A stretch of DNA of 64,000 nucleotides from Auanema rhodensis (lineage: Eukaryota; Animalia; Nematoda): positions 23,002,001 to 23,066,000 of the forward strand of contig OZ059896.1 of assembly GCA_964057225.1 (NCBI GenBank), written 5' to 3'. The notes below the pieces were generated by a model, which did not search any database, was not told the DNA's origin, and was given only the letters and a program-made list of their open reading frames with translations. Made by a program: the position numbers and the translations under genes. Below, one piece after another: positions 42,074-55,900 of the stretch (its first letter is position 1; every line of letters starts with the position of its first letter).

Positions 42074-45000
42074 CACGTGATGTGCACTTGGTATGTAACT
42101 CGCTTCACGTGAAAGATAAAGAGATGCGGTTTTCAAAATTAGATTCCCCATGTCCATATTAGTCTAAAAACAAATTTTTATTGATATTGGTTCATGGTAA
42201 CCATGATTTTGATATTTACGTGAACTTTAATTTATGCTAATTAAATGTACACGTGATGTGAACTTGGTATGTAACTCGCTTCACGTGAAAGATAAAGAAA
42301 TGCGGTTTTCAAAATTAGATTCCCCATGTCCATATTAGTCTAAAAACAAATTTTTATTGATATTGGTTCATGGTAACCATGACTTTGAAATTTACGTGAA
42401 CTTTAATTTATGCTAATTAAATGTACACGTGATGTGCACTTGGTATGTAACTCGCTTCACGTGAAAGATAAAGAGATGCGGTTTCCAAAATTAGATTCCC
42501 CATTTCCATATTAGTCTAAAAACAAATTTTTATTAATATTGGTTCATGGTAACCATGTCTTTGAAATTTACGTGAACTTTAATTTATGCTAATTAAATGT
42601 ACACGTGATGTGCACTTGGTATGTAACTCGCTTCACGTGAAAGATAAAGAAATGCGGTTTTCGAAATTAGATTCCCCATGTCCATATTAGTCTAAAAACA
42701 AATTTTTATTAATATTGGTTCATGGTAACCATGTCTTTGAAATTTACGTGAACTTTAATTTATGCTAATTAAATGTACACGTGATGTGCACTTGGTATGT
42801 AACTCGCTTCACGTGAAAGATAAAGAGATGCGGTTTTCAAAATTAGATTCCCCATGTCCATATTAGTCTAAAAACAAATTTTCATTGATATTGGTTCATG
42901 GTAACCATGACTTTGAAATTTACGTGAACTTTAATTTATGCTAATTAAATGTACACGTGATGTGCACTTGGTATGTAACTCGCTTCACGTGAAAGATAAA
43001 GAGATGCGGTTTTCAAAATTAGATTCCCCATGTCCATATTAGTCTAAAAACAAATTTTTATTGATATTGGTTCATGGTAACCATGACTTTGAAATTTACG
43101 TGAACTTTAATTTATGCTAATTAAATGTACACGTGATGTGCACTTGGTATGTAACTCGCTTCACGTGAAAGATAAAGAGATGCGGTTTTCAAAATTAGAT
43201 TCCCCATGTCCATATTAGTCTAAAAACAAATTTTTATTAATATTGGTTCATGGTAACCATGTCTTTGAAATTTACGTGAACTTTAATTTATGCTAATTAA
43301 ATGTACACGTGATGTGCACTTGGTATGTAACTCGCTTCACGTGAAAGATAAAGAGATGCGGTTTTCAAAATTAGATTCCCCATGTCCATATTAGTCTAAA
43401 AACAAATTTTTATTAATATTGGTTCATGGTAACCATGTCTTTGAAATTTACGTGAACTTTAATTTATGCTAATTAAATGTACACGTGATGTGCACTTGGT
43501 ATGTAACTCGCTTCACGTGAAAGATAAAGAGATGCGGTTTTCAAAATTAGATTCCCCATGTCCATATTAGTCTAAAAACAAATTTTTATTAATATTGGTT
43601 CATGGTAACCATGTCTTTGAAATTTACGTGAACTTTAATTTATGCTAATTAAATGTACACGTGATGTGCACTTGGTATGTAACTCGCTTCACGTGAAAGA
43701 TAAAGAGATGCGGTTTTCAAAATTAGATTCCCCATGTCCATATTAGTCTAAAAACAAATTTTTATTGATATTGGTTCATGGTAACCATGACTTTGAAATT
43801 TACGTGAACTTTAATTTATGCTAATTAAATGTACACGTGATGTGCACTTGGTATGTAACTCGCTTCACTTGAAAGATAAAGAGATGCGGATTTCAAAATT
43901 AGATTCCCCATGTCCATATTAGTCTAAAAACAAATTTTTATTAATATTGGTTCATGGTAACCATGACTTTGAAATTTACGTGAACTTTAATTTATGCTAA
44001 TTAAATGTACACGTGATGTGCACTTGGTATGTAACTCGCTTCACGTGAAAGATAAAGAGATGCGGTTTTCAAAATTAGATTCCCCATGTCCATATTAGTC
44101 TAAAAACAAATTTTTATTAATATTGGTTCATGGTAACCATGTCTTTGAAATTTACGTGAACTTTAATTTATGCTAATTAAATGTACACGTGATGTGCACT
44201 TGGTATGTAACTCGCTTCACGTGAAAGATAAAGAGATGCGGTTTTCAAAATTAGATTCCCCATGTCCATATTAGTCTAAAAACAAATTTTTATTGATATT
44301 GGTTCATGGTAACCATGACTTTGAAATTTACGTGAACTTTAATTTATGCTAATTAAATGTACACGTGATGTGCACTTGGTATGTAACTCGCTTCACTTGA
44401 AAGATAAAGAGATGCGGATTTCAAAATTAGATTCCCCATGTCCATATTAGTCTAAAAACAAATTTTTATTAATATTGGTTCATGGTAACCATGTCTTTGA
44501 AATTTACGTGAACTTTAATTTATGCTAATTAAATGTACACGTGATGTGCACTTGGTATGTAACTCGCTTCACGTGAAAGATAAAGAGATGCGGTTTTCAA
44601 AATTAGATTCCCCATGTCCATATTAGTCTAAAAACAAATTTTTATTAATATTGGTTCATGGTAACCATGACTTTGAAATTTACGTGAACTTTAATTTATG
44701 CTAATTAAATGTACACGTGATGTGCACTTGGTATGTAACTCGCTTCACGTAAAAGATAAAGAGATGCGGTTTTCAAAATTAGATTCCCCATGTCCATATT
44801 AGTCTAAAAACAAATTTTTATTGATATTGGTTCATGGTAACCATGACTTTGAAATTTACGTGAACTTTAATTTATGCTAATTAAATGTACACGTGATGTG
44901 CACTTGGTATGTAACTCGCTTCACGTGAAAGATAAAGAGATGCGGTTTTCAAAATTAGATTCCCCATGTCCATATTAGTCTAAAAACAAATTTTTATTAA

Positions 45001-48000
45001 TATTGGTTCATGGTAACCATGTCTTTGAAATTTACGTGAACTTTAATTTATGCTAATTAAATGTACACGTGATGTGCACTTGGTATGTAACTCGCTTCAC
45101 GTGAAAGATAAAGAGATGCGGTTTTCAAAATTAGATTCCCCATGTCCATATTAGTCTAAAAACAAATTTTTATTAATATTGGTTCATGGTAACCATGTCT
45201 TTGAAATTTACGTGAACTTTAATTTATGCTAATTAAATGTACACGTGATGTGCACTTGGTATGTAACTCGCTTCACGTGAAAGATAAAGAGATGCGGTTT
45301 CCAAAATTAGATTCCCCATTTCCATATTAGTCTAAAAACAAATTTTTATTAATATTGGTTCATGGTAACCATGTCTTTGAAATTTACGTGAACTTTAATT
45401 TATGCTAATTAAATGTACACGTGATGTGCACTTGGTATGTAACTCGCTTCACGTGAAAGCTAAAGAGATGCGGTTTTCAAAATTAGATTCCCCATGTCCA
45501 TATTAGTCTAAAAACAAATTTTTATTAATATTGGTTCATGGTAACCATGTCTTTGAAATTTACGTGAACTTTAATTTATGCTAATTAAATGTACACGTGA
45601 TGTGCACTTGGTATGTAACTCGCTTCACGTGAAAGATAAAGAGATGCGGTTTCCAAAATTAGATTCCCCATTTCCATATTAGTCTAAAAACAAATTTTTA
45701 TTAATATTGGTTCATGGTAACCATGTCTTTGAAATTTACGTGAACTTTAATTTATGCTAATTAAATGTACACGTGATGTGCACTTGGTATGTAACTCGCT
45801 TCACGTGAAAGATAAAGAAATGCGGTTTTCAAAATTAGATTCCCCATGTCCATTTTAGTCTAAAAACAAATTTTTATTGATATTGGTTCATGGTAACCAT
45901 GACTTTGAAATTTACGTGAACTTTAATTTATGCTAATTAAATGTACACGTGATGTGCACTTGGTATGTAACTCGCTTCACGTGAAAGATAAAGAGATGCG
46001 GTTTTCAAAATTAGATTCTCCATGTCCATATTAGTCTAAAAACAAATTTTTATTAATATTGGTTCATGGTAACCATGTCTTTGAAATTTACGTGAACTTT
46101 AATTTATGCTAATTAAATGTACACGTGATGTGCACTTGGTATGTAATTCGCTTCACGTGAAAGATAAAGAGATGCGGTTTTCAAAATTAGATTCCCCATG
46201 TCCATATTAGTCTAAAAACAAATTTTTATTGATATTGGTTCATGGTAACCATGACTTTGAAATTTACGTGAACTTTAATTTATGCTAATTAAATGTACAC
46301 GTGATGTGCACTTGGTATGTAACTCGCTTCACGTGAAAGATAAAGAGATGCGGTTTTCAAAATTAGATTCCCCATGTTCATATTAGTCTAAAAACAAATT
46401 TTTATTGATATTGGTTCATGGTAACCATGATTTTGAAATTTACGTGAACTTTAATTTATGCTAATTAAATGTACACGTGATGTGCACTTGGTATGTAACT
46501 CGCTTCACGTGAAAGATAAAGAAATGCGGTTTTTAAAATTAGATTCCCCATGTCCATTTTAGTCTAAAACCAAATTTTTATTGATATTGGTTCATGGTAA
46601 CCATGACTTTGAAATTTACGTGAACTTTAATTTATGCTAATTAAATGTACACGTGATGTGCACTTGGTATGTAACTCGCTTCACGTGAAAGATAAAGAGA
46701 TGCGGTTTTCAAAATTAGATTCCCCATGTCCATATTAGTCTAAAAACAGATTTTTATTAATATTGGTTCATGGTAACCATGTCTTTGAAATTTACGTGAA
46801 CTTTAATTTATGCTAATTAAATGTACACGTGATGTGCACTTGGTATGTAACTCGCTTCACGTGAAAGATAAAGAGATGCGGTTTTCAAAATTAGATTCCC
46901 CATGTCCATATTAGTCTAAAAACAAATTTTTATTAATATTGGTTCATGGTAACCATGTCTTTGAAATTTACGTGAACTTTAATTTATGCTAATTAAATGT
47001 ACACGTGATGTGCACTTGGTATGTAACTCGCTTCACGTGAAAGATAAAGAGATGCGGTTTTTAAAATTAGATTCCCCATGTCCATATTAGTCTAAAAACA
47101 AATTTTTATTGATATTGGTTCATGGTAACCATGACTTTGAAATTTACGTGAACTTTAATTTATGCTAATTAAATGTACACGTGATGTGCACTTGGTATGT
47201 AACTCGCTTCACGTGAAAGATAAAGAGATGCGGTTTTCAAAATTAGATTCCCCATGTCCATATTAGTCTAAAAACAAATTTTTATTAATATTGGTTCATG
47301 GTAACCATGACTTTGAAATTTACGTGAACTTTAATTTATGCTAATTAAATGTACACGTGATGTGCACTTGGTATGTAACTCGCTTCACGTGAAAGATAAA
47401 GAGATGCGGTTTTCAAAATTAGATTCCCCATGTCCATATTAGTCTAAAAACAAATTTTTATTAATATTGGTTCATGGTAACCATGTCTTTGAAATTTACG
47501 TGAACTTTAATTTATGCTAATTAAATGTACACGTGATGTGCACTTGGTATGTAACTCGCTTCACGTGAAAGATAAAGAGATGCGGTTTTCAAAATTAGAT
47601 TCCCCATGTCCATATTAGTCTAAAAACAAATTTTGATTAATATTGGTTCATGGTAACCATGACTTTGAAATTTACGTGAACTTTAATTTATGCTAATTAA
47701 ATGTACACGTGATGTGCACTTGGTATGTAACTCGCTTCACGTGAAAGATAAAGAGATGCGGTTTTCAAAATTAGATTCCCCATGTCCATATTAGTCTAAA
47801 AACAAATTTTTATTAATATTGGTTCATGGTAACCATGTCTTTGAAATTTACGTGAACTTTAATTTATGCTAATTAAATGTACACGTGATGTGCACTTGGT
47901 ATGTAACTCGCTTCACGTGAAAGATAAAGAGATGCGGTTTTCAAAATTAGATTCCCCATGTCCATATTAGTCTAAAAACAAATTTTTATTAATATTGGTT

Positions 48001-51000
48001 CATGGTAACCATGTCTTTGAAATTTACGTGAACTTTAATTTATGCTAATTAAATGTACACGTGATGTGCACTTGGTATGTAACTCGCTTCACGTGAAAGA
48101 TAAAGAGATGCGGTTTTCAAAATTAGATTCCCCATGTCCATATTAGTCTAAAAACAAATTTTTATTAATATTGGTTCATGGTAACCATGTCTTTGAAATT
48201 TACGTGAACTTTAATTTATGCTAATTAAATGTACACGTGATGTGCACTTGGTATGTAACTCGCTTCACGTGAAAGATAAAGAGATGCGGTTTTCAAAATT
48301 AGATTCCCCATGTCCATATTAGTCTAAAAACAAATTTTTATTAATATTGGTTCATGGTAACCATGTCTTTGAAATTTACGTGAACTTTAATTTATGCTAA
48401 TTAAATGTACACGTGATGTGCACTTGGTATGTAACTCGCTTCACGTGAAAGATAAAGAGATGCGGTTTTCAAAATTAGATTCCCCATGTCCATATTAGTC
48501 TAAAAACAAATTTTTATTAATATTGGTTCATGGTAACCATGACTTTGAAATTTACGTGAACTTTAATTTATGCTAATTAAATGTACACGTGATGTGCACT
48601 TGGTATGTAACTCGCTTCACGTGAAAGATAAAGAGATGCGGTTTTCAAAATTAGATTCCCCATGTCCATATTAGTCTAAAAACAAATTTTTATTAATATT
48701 GGTTCATGGTAACCATGTCTTTGAAATTTACGTGAACTTTAATTTATGCTAATTAAATGTACACGTGATGTGCACTTGGTATGTAACTCGCTTCACGTGA
48801 AAGATAAAGAGATGCGGTTTTCAAAATTAGATTCCCCATGTCCATATTAGTCTAAAAACAAATTTTTATTAATATTGGTTCATGGTAACCATGTCTTTGA
48901 AATTTACGTGAACTTTAATTTATGCTAATTAAATGTACACGTGATGTGCACTTGGTATGTAACTCGCTTCACGTGAAAGATAAAGAGATGCGGTTTTCAA
49001 AATTAGATTCCCCATGTCCATATTAGTCTAAAAACAAATTTTTATTAATATTGGTTCATGGTAACCATGACTTTGAAATTTACGTGAACTTTAATTTATG
49101 CTAATTAAATGTACACGTGATGTGCACTTGGTATGTAACTCGCTTCACGTGAAAGATAAAGAGATGCGGTTTTCAAAATTAGATTCCCCATGTCCATATT
49201 AGTCTAAAAACAAATTTTTATTAATATTGGTTCATGGTAACCATGTCTTTGAAATTTACGTGAACTTTAATTTATGCTAATTAAATGTACACGTGATGTG
49301 CACTTGGTATGTAACTCGCTTCACGTGAAAGATAAAGAGATGCGGTTTTCAAAATTAGATTCCCCATGTCCATATTAGTCTAAAAACAAATTTTTATTAA
49401 TATTGGTTCATGGTAACCATGTCTTTGAAATTTACGTGAACTTTAATTTATGCTAATTAAATGTACACGTGATGTGCACTTGGTATGTAACTCGCTTCAC
49501 GTGAAAGATAAAGAGATGCGGTTTTCAAAATTAGATTCCCCATGTCCATATTAGTCTAAAAACAAATTTTTATTAATATTGGTTCATGGTAACCATGACT
49601 TTGAAATTTACGTGAACTTTAATTTATGCTAATTAAATGTACACGTGATGTGCACTTGGTATGTAACTCGCTTCACGTGAAAGATAAAGAGATGCGGTTT
49701 CCAAAATTAGATTCCCCATTTCCATATTAGTCTAAAAACAAATTTTTATTAATATTGGTTCATGGTAACCATGTCTTTGAAATTTACGTGAACTTTAATT
49801 TATGCTAATTAAATGTACACGTGATGTGCACTTGGTATGTAACTCGCTTCACGTGAAAGATAAAGAAATGCGGTTTTCAAAATTAGATTCCCCATGTCCA
49901 TTTTAGTCTAAAAACAAATTTTTATTGATATTGGTTCATGGTAACCATGTCTTTGAAATTTACGTGAACTTTAATTTATGCTAATTAAATGTACACGTGA
50001 TGTGCACTTGGTATGTAACTCGCTTCACGTGAAAGATAAAGAGATGCGGTTTTCAAAATTAGATTCCCCATGTCCATATTAGTCTAAAAACAAATTTTTA
50101 TTAATATTGGTTCATGGTAACCATGACTTTGAAATTTACGTGAACTTTAATTTATGCTAATTAAATGTACACGTGATGTGCACTTGGTATGTAACTCGCT
50201 TCACGTGAAAGATAAAGAGATGCGGTTTTCAAAATTAGATTCCCCATGTCCATATTAGTCTAAAAACAAATTTTTATTAATATTGGTTCATGGTAACCAT
50301 GTCTTTGAAATTTACGTGAACTTTAATTTATGCTAATTAAATGTACACGTGATGTGCACTTGGTATGTAACTCGCTTCACGTGAAAGATAAAGAGATGCG
50401 GTTTTCAAAATTAGATTCCCCATGTCCATATTAGTCTAAAAACAAATTTTTATTAATATTGGTTCATGGTAACCATGTCTTTGAAATTTACGTGAACTTT
50501 AATTTATGCTAATTAAATGTACACGTGATGTGCACTTGGTATGTAACTCGCTTCACGTGAAAGATAAAGAGATGCGGTTTTCAAAATTAGATTCCCCATG
50601 TCCATATTAGTCTAAAAACAAATTTTTATTAATATTGGTTCATGGTAACCATGACTTTGAAATTTACGTGAACTTTAATTTATGCTAATTAAATGTACAC
50701 GTGATGTGCACTTGGTATGTAACTCGCTTCACGTGAAAGATAAAGAGATGCGGTTTTCAAAATTAGATTCCCCATGTCCATATTAGTCTAAAAACAAATT
50801 TTTATTAATATTGGTTCATGGTAACCATGTCTTTGAAATTTACGTGAACTTTAATTTATGCTAATTAAATGTACACGTGATGTGCACTTGGTATGTAACT
50901 CGCTTCACGTGAAAGATAAAGAGATGCGGTTTTCAAAATTAGATTTCCCATGTCCATATTAGTCTAAAAACAAATTTTTATTAATATTGGTTCATGGTAA

Positions 51001-52985
51001 CCATGTCTTTGAAATTTACGTGAACTTTAATTTATGCTAATTAAATGTACACGTGATGTGCACTTGGTATGTAACTCGCTTCACGTGAAAGATAAAGAGA
51101 TGCGGTTTTCAAAATTAGATTCCCCATGTCCATATTAGTCTAAAAACAAATTTTTATTAATATTGGTTCATGGTAACCATGTCTTTGAAATTTACGTGAA
51201 CTTTAATTTATGCTAATTAAATGTACACGTGATGTGCACTTGGTATGTAACTCGCTTCACGTGAAAGATAAAGAGATGCGGTTTTCAAAATTAGATTCCC
51301 CATGTCCATATTAGTCTAAAAACAAATTTTTATTAATATTGGTTCATGGTAACCATGTCTTTGAAATTTACGTGAACTTTAATTTATGCTAATTAAATGT
51401 ACACGTGATGTGCACTTGGTATGTAACTCGCTTCACGTGAAAGATAAAGAGATGCGGTTTTCAAAATTAGATTCCCCATGTCCATATTAGTCTAAAAACA
51501 AATTTTTATTAATATTGGTTCATGGTAACCATGACTTTGAAATTTACGTGAACTTTAATTTATGCTAATTAAATGTACACGTGATGTGCACTTGGTATGT
51601 AACTCGCTTCACGTGAAAGATAAAGAGATGCGGTTTTCAAAATTAGATTCCCCATGTCCATATTAGTCTAAAAACAAATTTTTATTAATATTGGTTCATG
51701 GTAACCATGTCTTTGAAATTTACGTGAACTTTAATTTATGCTAATTAAATGTACACGTGATGTGCACTTGGTATGTAACTCGCTTCACGTGAAAGATAAA
51801 GAGATGCGGTTTTCAAAATTAGATTCCCCATGTCCATATTAGTCTAAAAACAAATTTTTATTAATATTGGTTCATGGTAACCATGTCTTTGAAATTTACG
51901 TGAACTTTAATTTATGCTAATTAAATGTACACGTGATGTGCACTTGGTATGTAACTCGCTTCACGTGAAAGATAAAGAGATGCGGTTTTCAAAATTAGAT
52001 TCCCCATGTCCATATTAGTCTAAAAACAAATTTTTATTAATATTGGTTCATGGTAACCATGACTTTGAAATTTACGTGAACTTTAATTTATGCTAATTAA
52101 ATGTACACGTGATGTGCACTTGGTATGTAACTCGCTTCACGTGAAAGATAAAGAGATGCGGTTTTCAAAATTAGATTCCCCATGTCCATATTAGTCTAAA
52201 AACAAATTTTTATTAATATTGGTTCATGGTAACCATGACTTTGAAATTTACGTGAACTTTAATTTATGCTAATTAAATGTACACGTGATGTGCACTTGGT
52301 ATGTAACTCGCTTCACGTGAAAGATAAAGAGATGCGGTTTCCAAAATTAGATTCCCCATTTCCATATTAGTCTAAAAACAAATTTTTATTAATATTGGTT
52401 CATGGTAACCATGTCTTTGAAATTTACGTGAACTTTAATTTATGCTAATTAAATGTACACGTGATGTGCACTTGGTATGTAACTCGCTTCACGTGAAAGA
52501 TAAAGAAATGCGGTTTTCAAAATTAGATTCCCCATGTCCATTTTAGTCTAAAAACAAATTTTTATTGATATTGGTTCATGGTAACCATGTCTTTGAAATT
52601 TACGTGAACTTTAATTTATGCTAATTAAATGTACACGTGATGTGCACTTGGTATGTAACTCGCTTCACGTGAAAGATAAAGAGATGCGGTTTTCAAAATT
52701 AGATTCCCCATGTCCATATTAGTCTAAAAACAAATTTTTATTAATATTGGTTCATGGTAACCATGACTTTGAAATTTACGTGAACTTTAATTTATGCTAA
52801 TTAAATGTACACGTGATGTGCACTTGGTATGTAACTCGCTTCACGTGAAAGATAAAGAGATGCGGTTTTCAAAATTAGATTCCCCATGTCCATATTAGTC
52901 TAAAAACAAATTTTTATTAATATTGGTTCATGGTAACCATGTCTTTGAAATTTACGTGAACTTTAATTTATGCTAATTAAATGTA

Positions 52986-55900
52986 CACGTGATGTGCACT
53001 TGGTATGTAACTCGCTTCACGTGAACGATAAAGAGATGCGGTTTTCAAAATTAGATTCCCCATGTCCATATTAGTCTAAAAACAAATTTTTATTATTATT
53101 GGTTCATGGTAACCATGTCTTTGAAATTTACGTGAACTTTAATTTATGCTAATTAAATGTACACGTGATGTGCACTTGGTATGTAACTCGCTTCACGTGA
53201 AAGATAAAGAAATGCGGTTTTCAAAATTAGATTCTCCATGTTCATATTAGTCTAAAAACAAATTTTTATTAATATTGGTTCATGGTAACCATGTCTTTGA
53301 AATTTACGTGAACTTTAATTTATGCTAATTAAATGTACACGTGATGTGCACTTGGTATGTAACTCGCTTCACGTGAAAGATAAAGAGATGCGGTTTTCAA
53401 AATTAGATTCCCCATGTCCATATTAGTCTAAAAACAAATTTTTATTGATATTGGTTCATGGTAACCATGACTTTGAAATTTACGTGAACTTTAATTTATG
53501 CTAATTAAATGTACACGTGATGTGCACTTGGTATGTAACTCGCTTCACGTGAAAGATAAAGAGATGCGGTTTTCAAAATTAGATTCCCCATGTTCATATT
53601 AGTCTAAAAACAAATTTTTATTGATATTGGTTCATGGTAACCATGTTTTTGAAATTTACGTGAACTTTAATTTATGCTAATTAAATGTACACGTGATGTG
53701 CACTTGGTATGTAACTCGCTTCACGTGAAAGATAAAGAAATGCGGTTTTCAAAATTAGATTCCCCATGTCCATTTTAGTCTAAAAACAAATTTTTATTGA
53801 TATTGGTTCATGGTAACCATGACTTTGAAATTTACGTGAACTTTAATTTATGCTAATTAAATGTACACGTGATGTGCACTTGGTATGTAACTCGCTTCAC
53901 GTGAAAGATAAAGAGATGCGGTTTTCAAAATTAGATTCCCCATGTCCATAGTAGTCTGAAAAGAAATTTTTATTGATATTGGTTCATGGTAACCATGACT
54001 TTGAAATTTACGTGAACTTTAATTTATGCTAATTAAATGTACACGTGATGTGCACTTGGTATGTAACTCGCTTCACGTGAAAGATAAAGAGATGCGGTTT
54101 TCGAAATTAGATTCCCCATGTCCATATTAGTCTAAAAACAAATTGTTATTGATATTGGTTCATGGTAACCATGTCTTTGAAATTTTCGTGAACTTTAATT
54201 TATGCTAATTAAATGTACACGTGATGTGCACTTGGTATGTAACTCGCTTCACGTGAAAGATAAAGAGATGCGGTTTTCAAAATTAGATTCCCCATGTCCA
54301 TATTAGTCTAAAAACAAATTTTTATTGATATTGGTTCATGGTAACCATGACTTTGAAATTTACGTGAACTTTAATTTATGCTAATTAAATGTACACTTGA
54401 TGTGCACTTGGTATGTAACTCGCTTCACGTGAAAGATAAAGAGATGCGGTTTTCAAAATTAGATTCCCCATGTCCATATTAGTCTAAAAACAAATTTTTA
54501 TTGATATTGGTTCATGGTAACCATGACTTTGAAATTTACGTGAACTTTAATTTATGCTAATTAAATGTACACGTGATGTGCACTTGGTATGTAACTCGCT
54601 TCACGTGAAAGATAAAGAGATGCGGTTTTCAAAATTAGATTCCTCATGTCCATATTAGTCTAAAAACAATTTTTTATTAATATTGGTTCATGGTAACCAT
54701 GTCTTTGAAATTTACGTGAACTTTAATTTATGCTAATTAAATGTACACGTGATGTGCACTTGGTATGTAACTCGCTTCACGTGAACGATAAAGAGATGCG
54801 GTTTTCAAAATTAGATTCCCCATGTCCATATTAGTCTAAAAACAAATTTTTATTATTATTGGTTCATGGTAACCATGTCTTTGAAATTTACGTGAACTTT
54901 AATTTATGCTAATTAAATGTACACGTGATGTGCACTTGGTATGTAACTCGCTTCACGTGAAAGATAAAGAAATGCGGTTTTCAAAATTAGATTCTCCATG
55001 TTCATATTAGTCTAAAAACAAATTTTTATTAATATTGGTTCATGGTAACCATGTCTTTGAAATTTACGTGAACTTTAATTTATGCTAATTAAATGTACAC
55101 GTGATGTGCACTTGGTATGTAACTCGCTTCACGTGAAAGATAAAGAGATGCGGTTTTCAAAATTAGATTCCCCATGTCCATATTAGTCTAAAAACAAATT
55201 TTTATTGATATTGGTTCATGGTAACCATGACTTTGAAATTTACGTGAACTTTAATTTATGCTAATTAAATGTACACGTGATGTGCACTTGGTATGTAACT
55301 CGCTTCACGTGAAAGATAAAGAGATGCGGTTTTCAAAATTAGATTCCCCATGTTCATATTAGTCTAAAAACAAATTTTTATTGATATTGGTTCATGGTAA
55401 CCATGTTTTTGAAATTTACGTGAACTTTAATTTATGCTAATTAAATGTACACGTGATGTGCACTTGGTATGTAACTCGCTTCACGTGAAAGATAAAGAAA
55501 TGCGGTTTTCAAAATTAGATTCCCCATGTCCATTTTAGTCTAAAAACAAATTTTTATTGATATTGGTTCATGGTAACCATGACTTTGAAATTTACGTGAA
55601 CTTTAATTTATGCTAATTAAATGTACACGTGATGTGCACTTGGTATGTAACTCGCTTCACGTGAAAGATAAAGAGATGCGGTTTTCAAAATTAGATTCCC
55701 CATGTCCATATTAGTCTGAAAAGAAATTTTTATTGATATTGGTTCATGGTAACCATGACTTTGAAATTTACGTGAACTTTAATTTATGCTAATTAAATGT
55801 ACACGTGATGTGCACTTGGTATGTAACTCGCTTCACGTGAAAGATAAAGAGATGCGGTTTTCGAAATTAGATTCCCCATGTCCATATTAGTCTAAAAACA

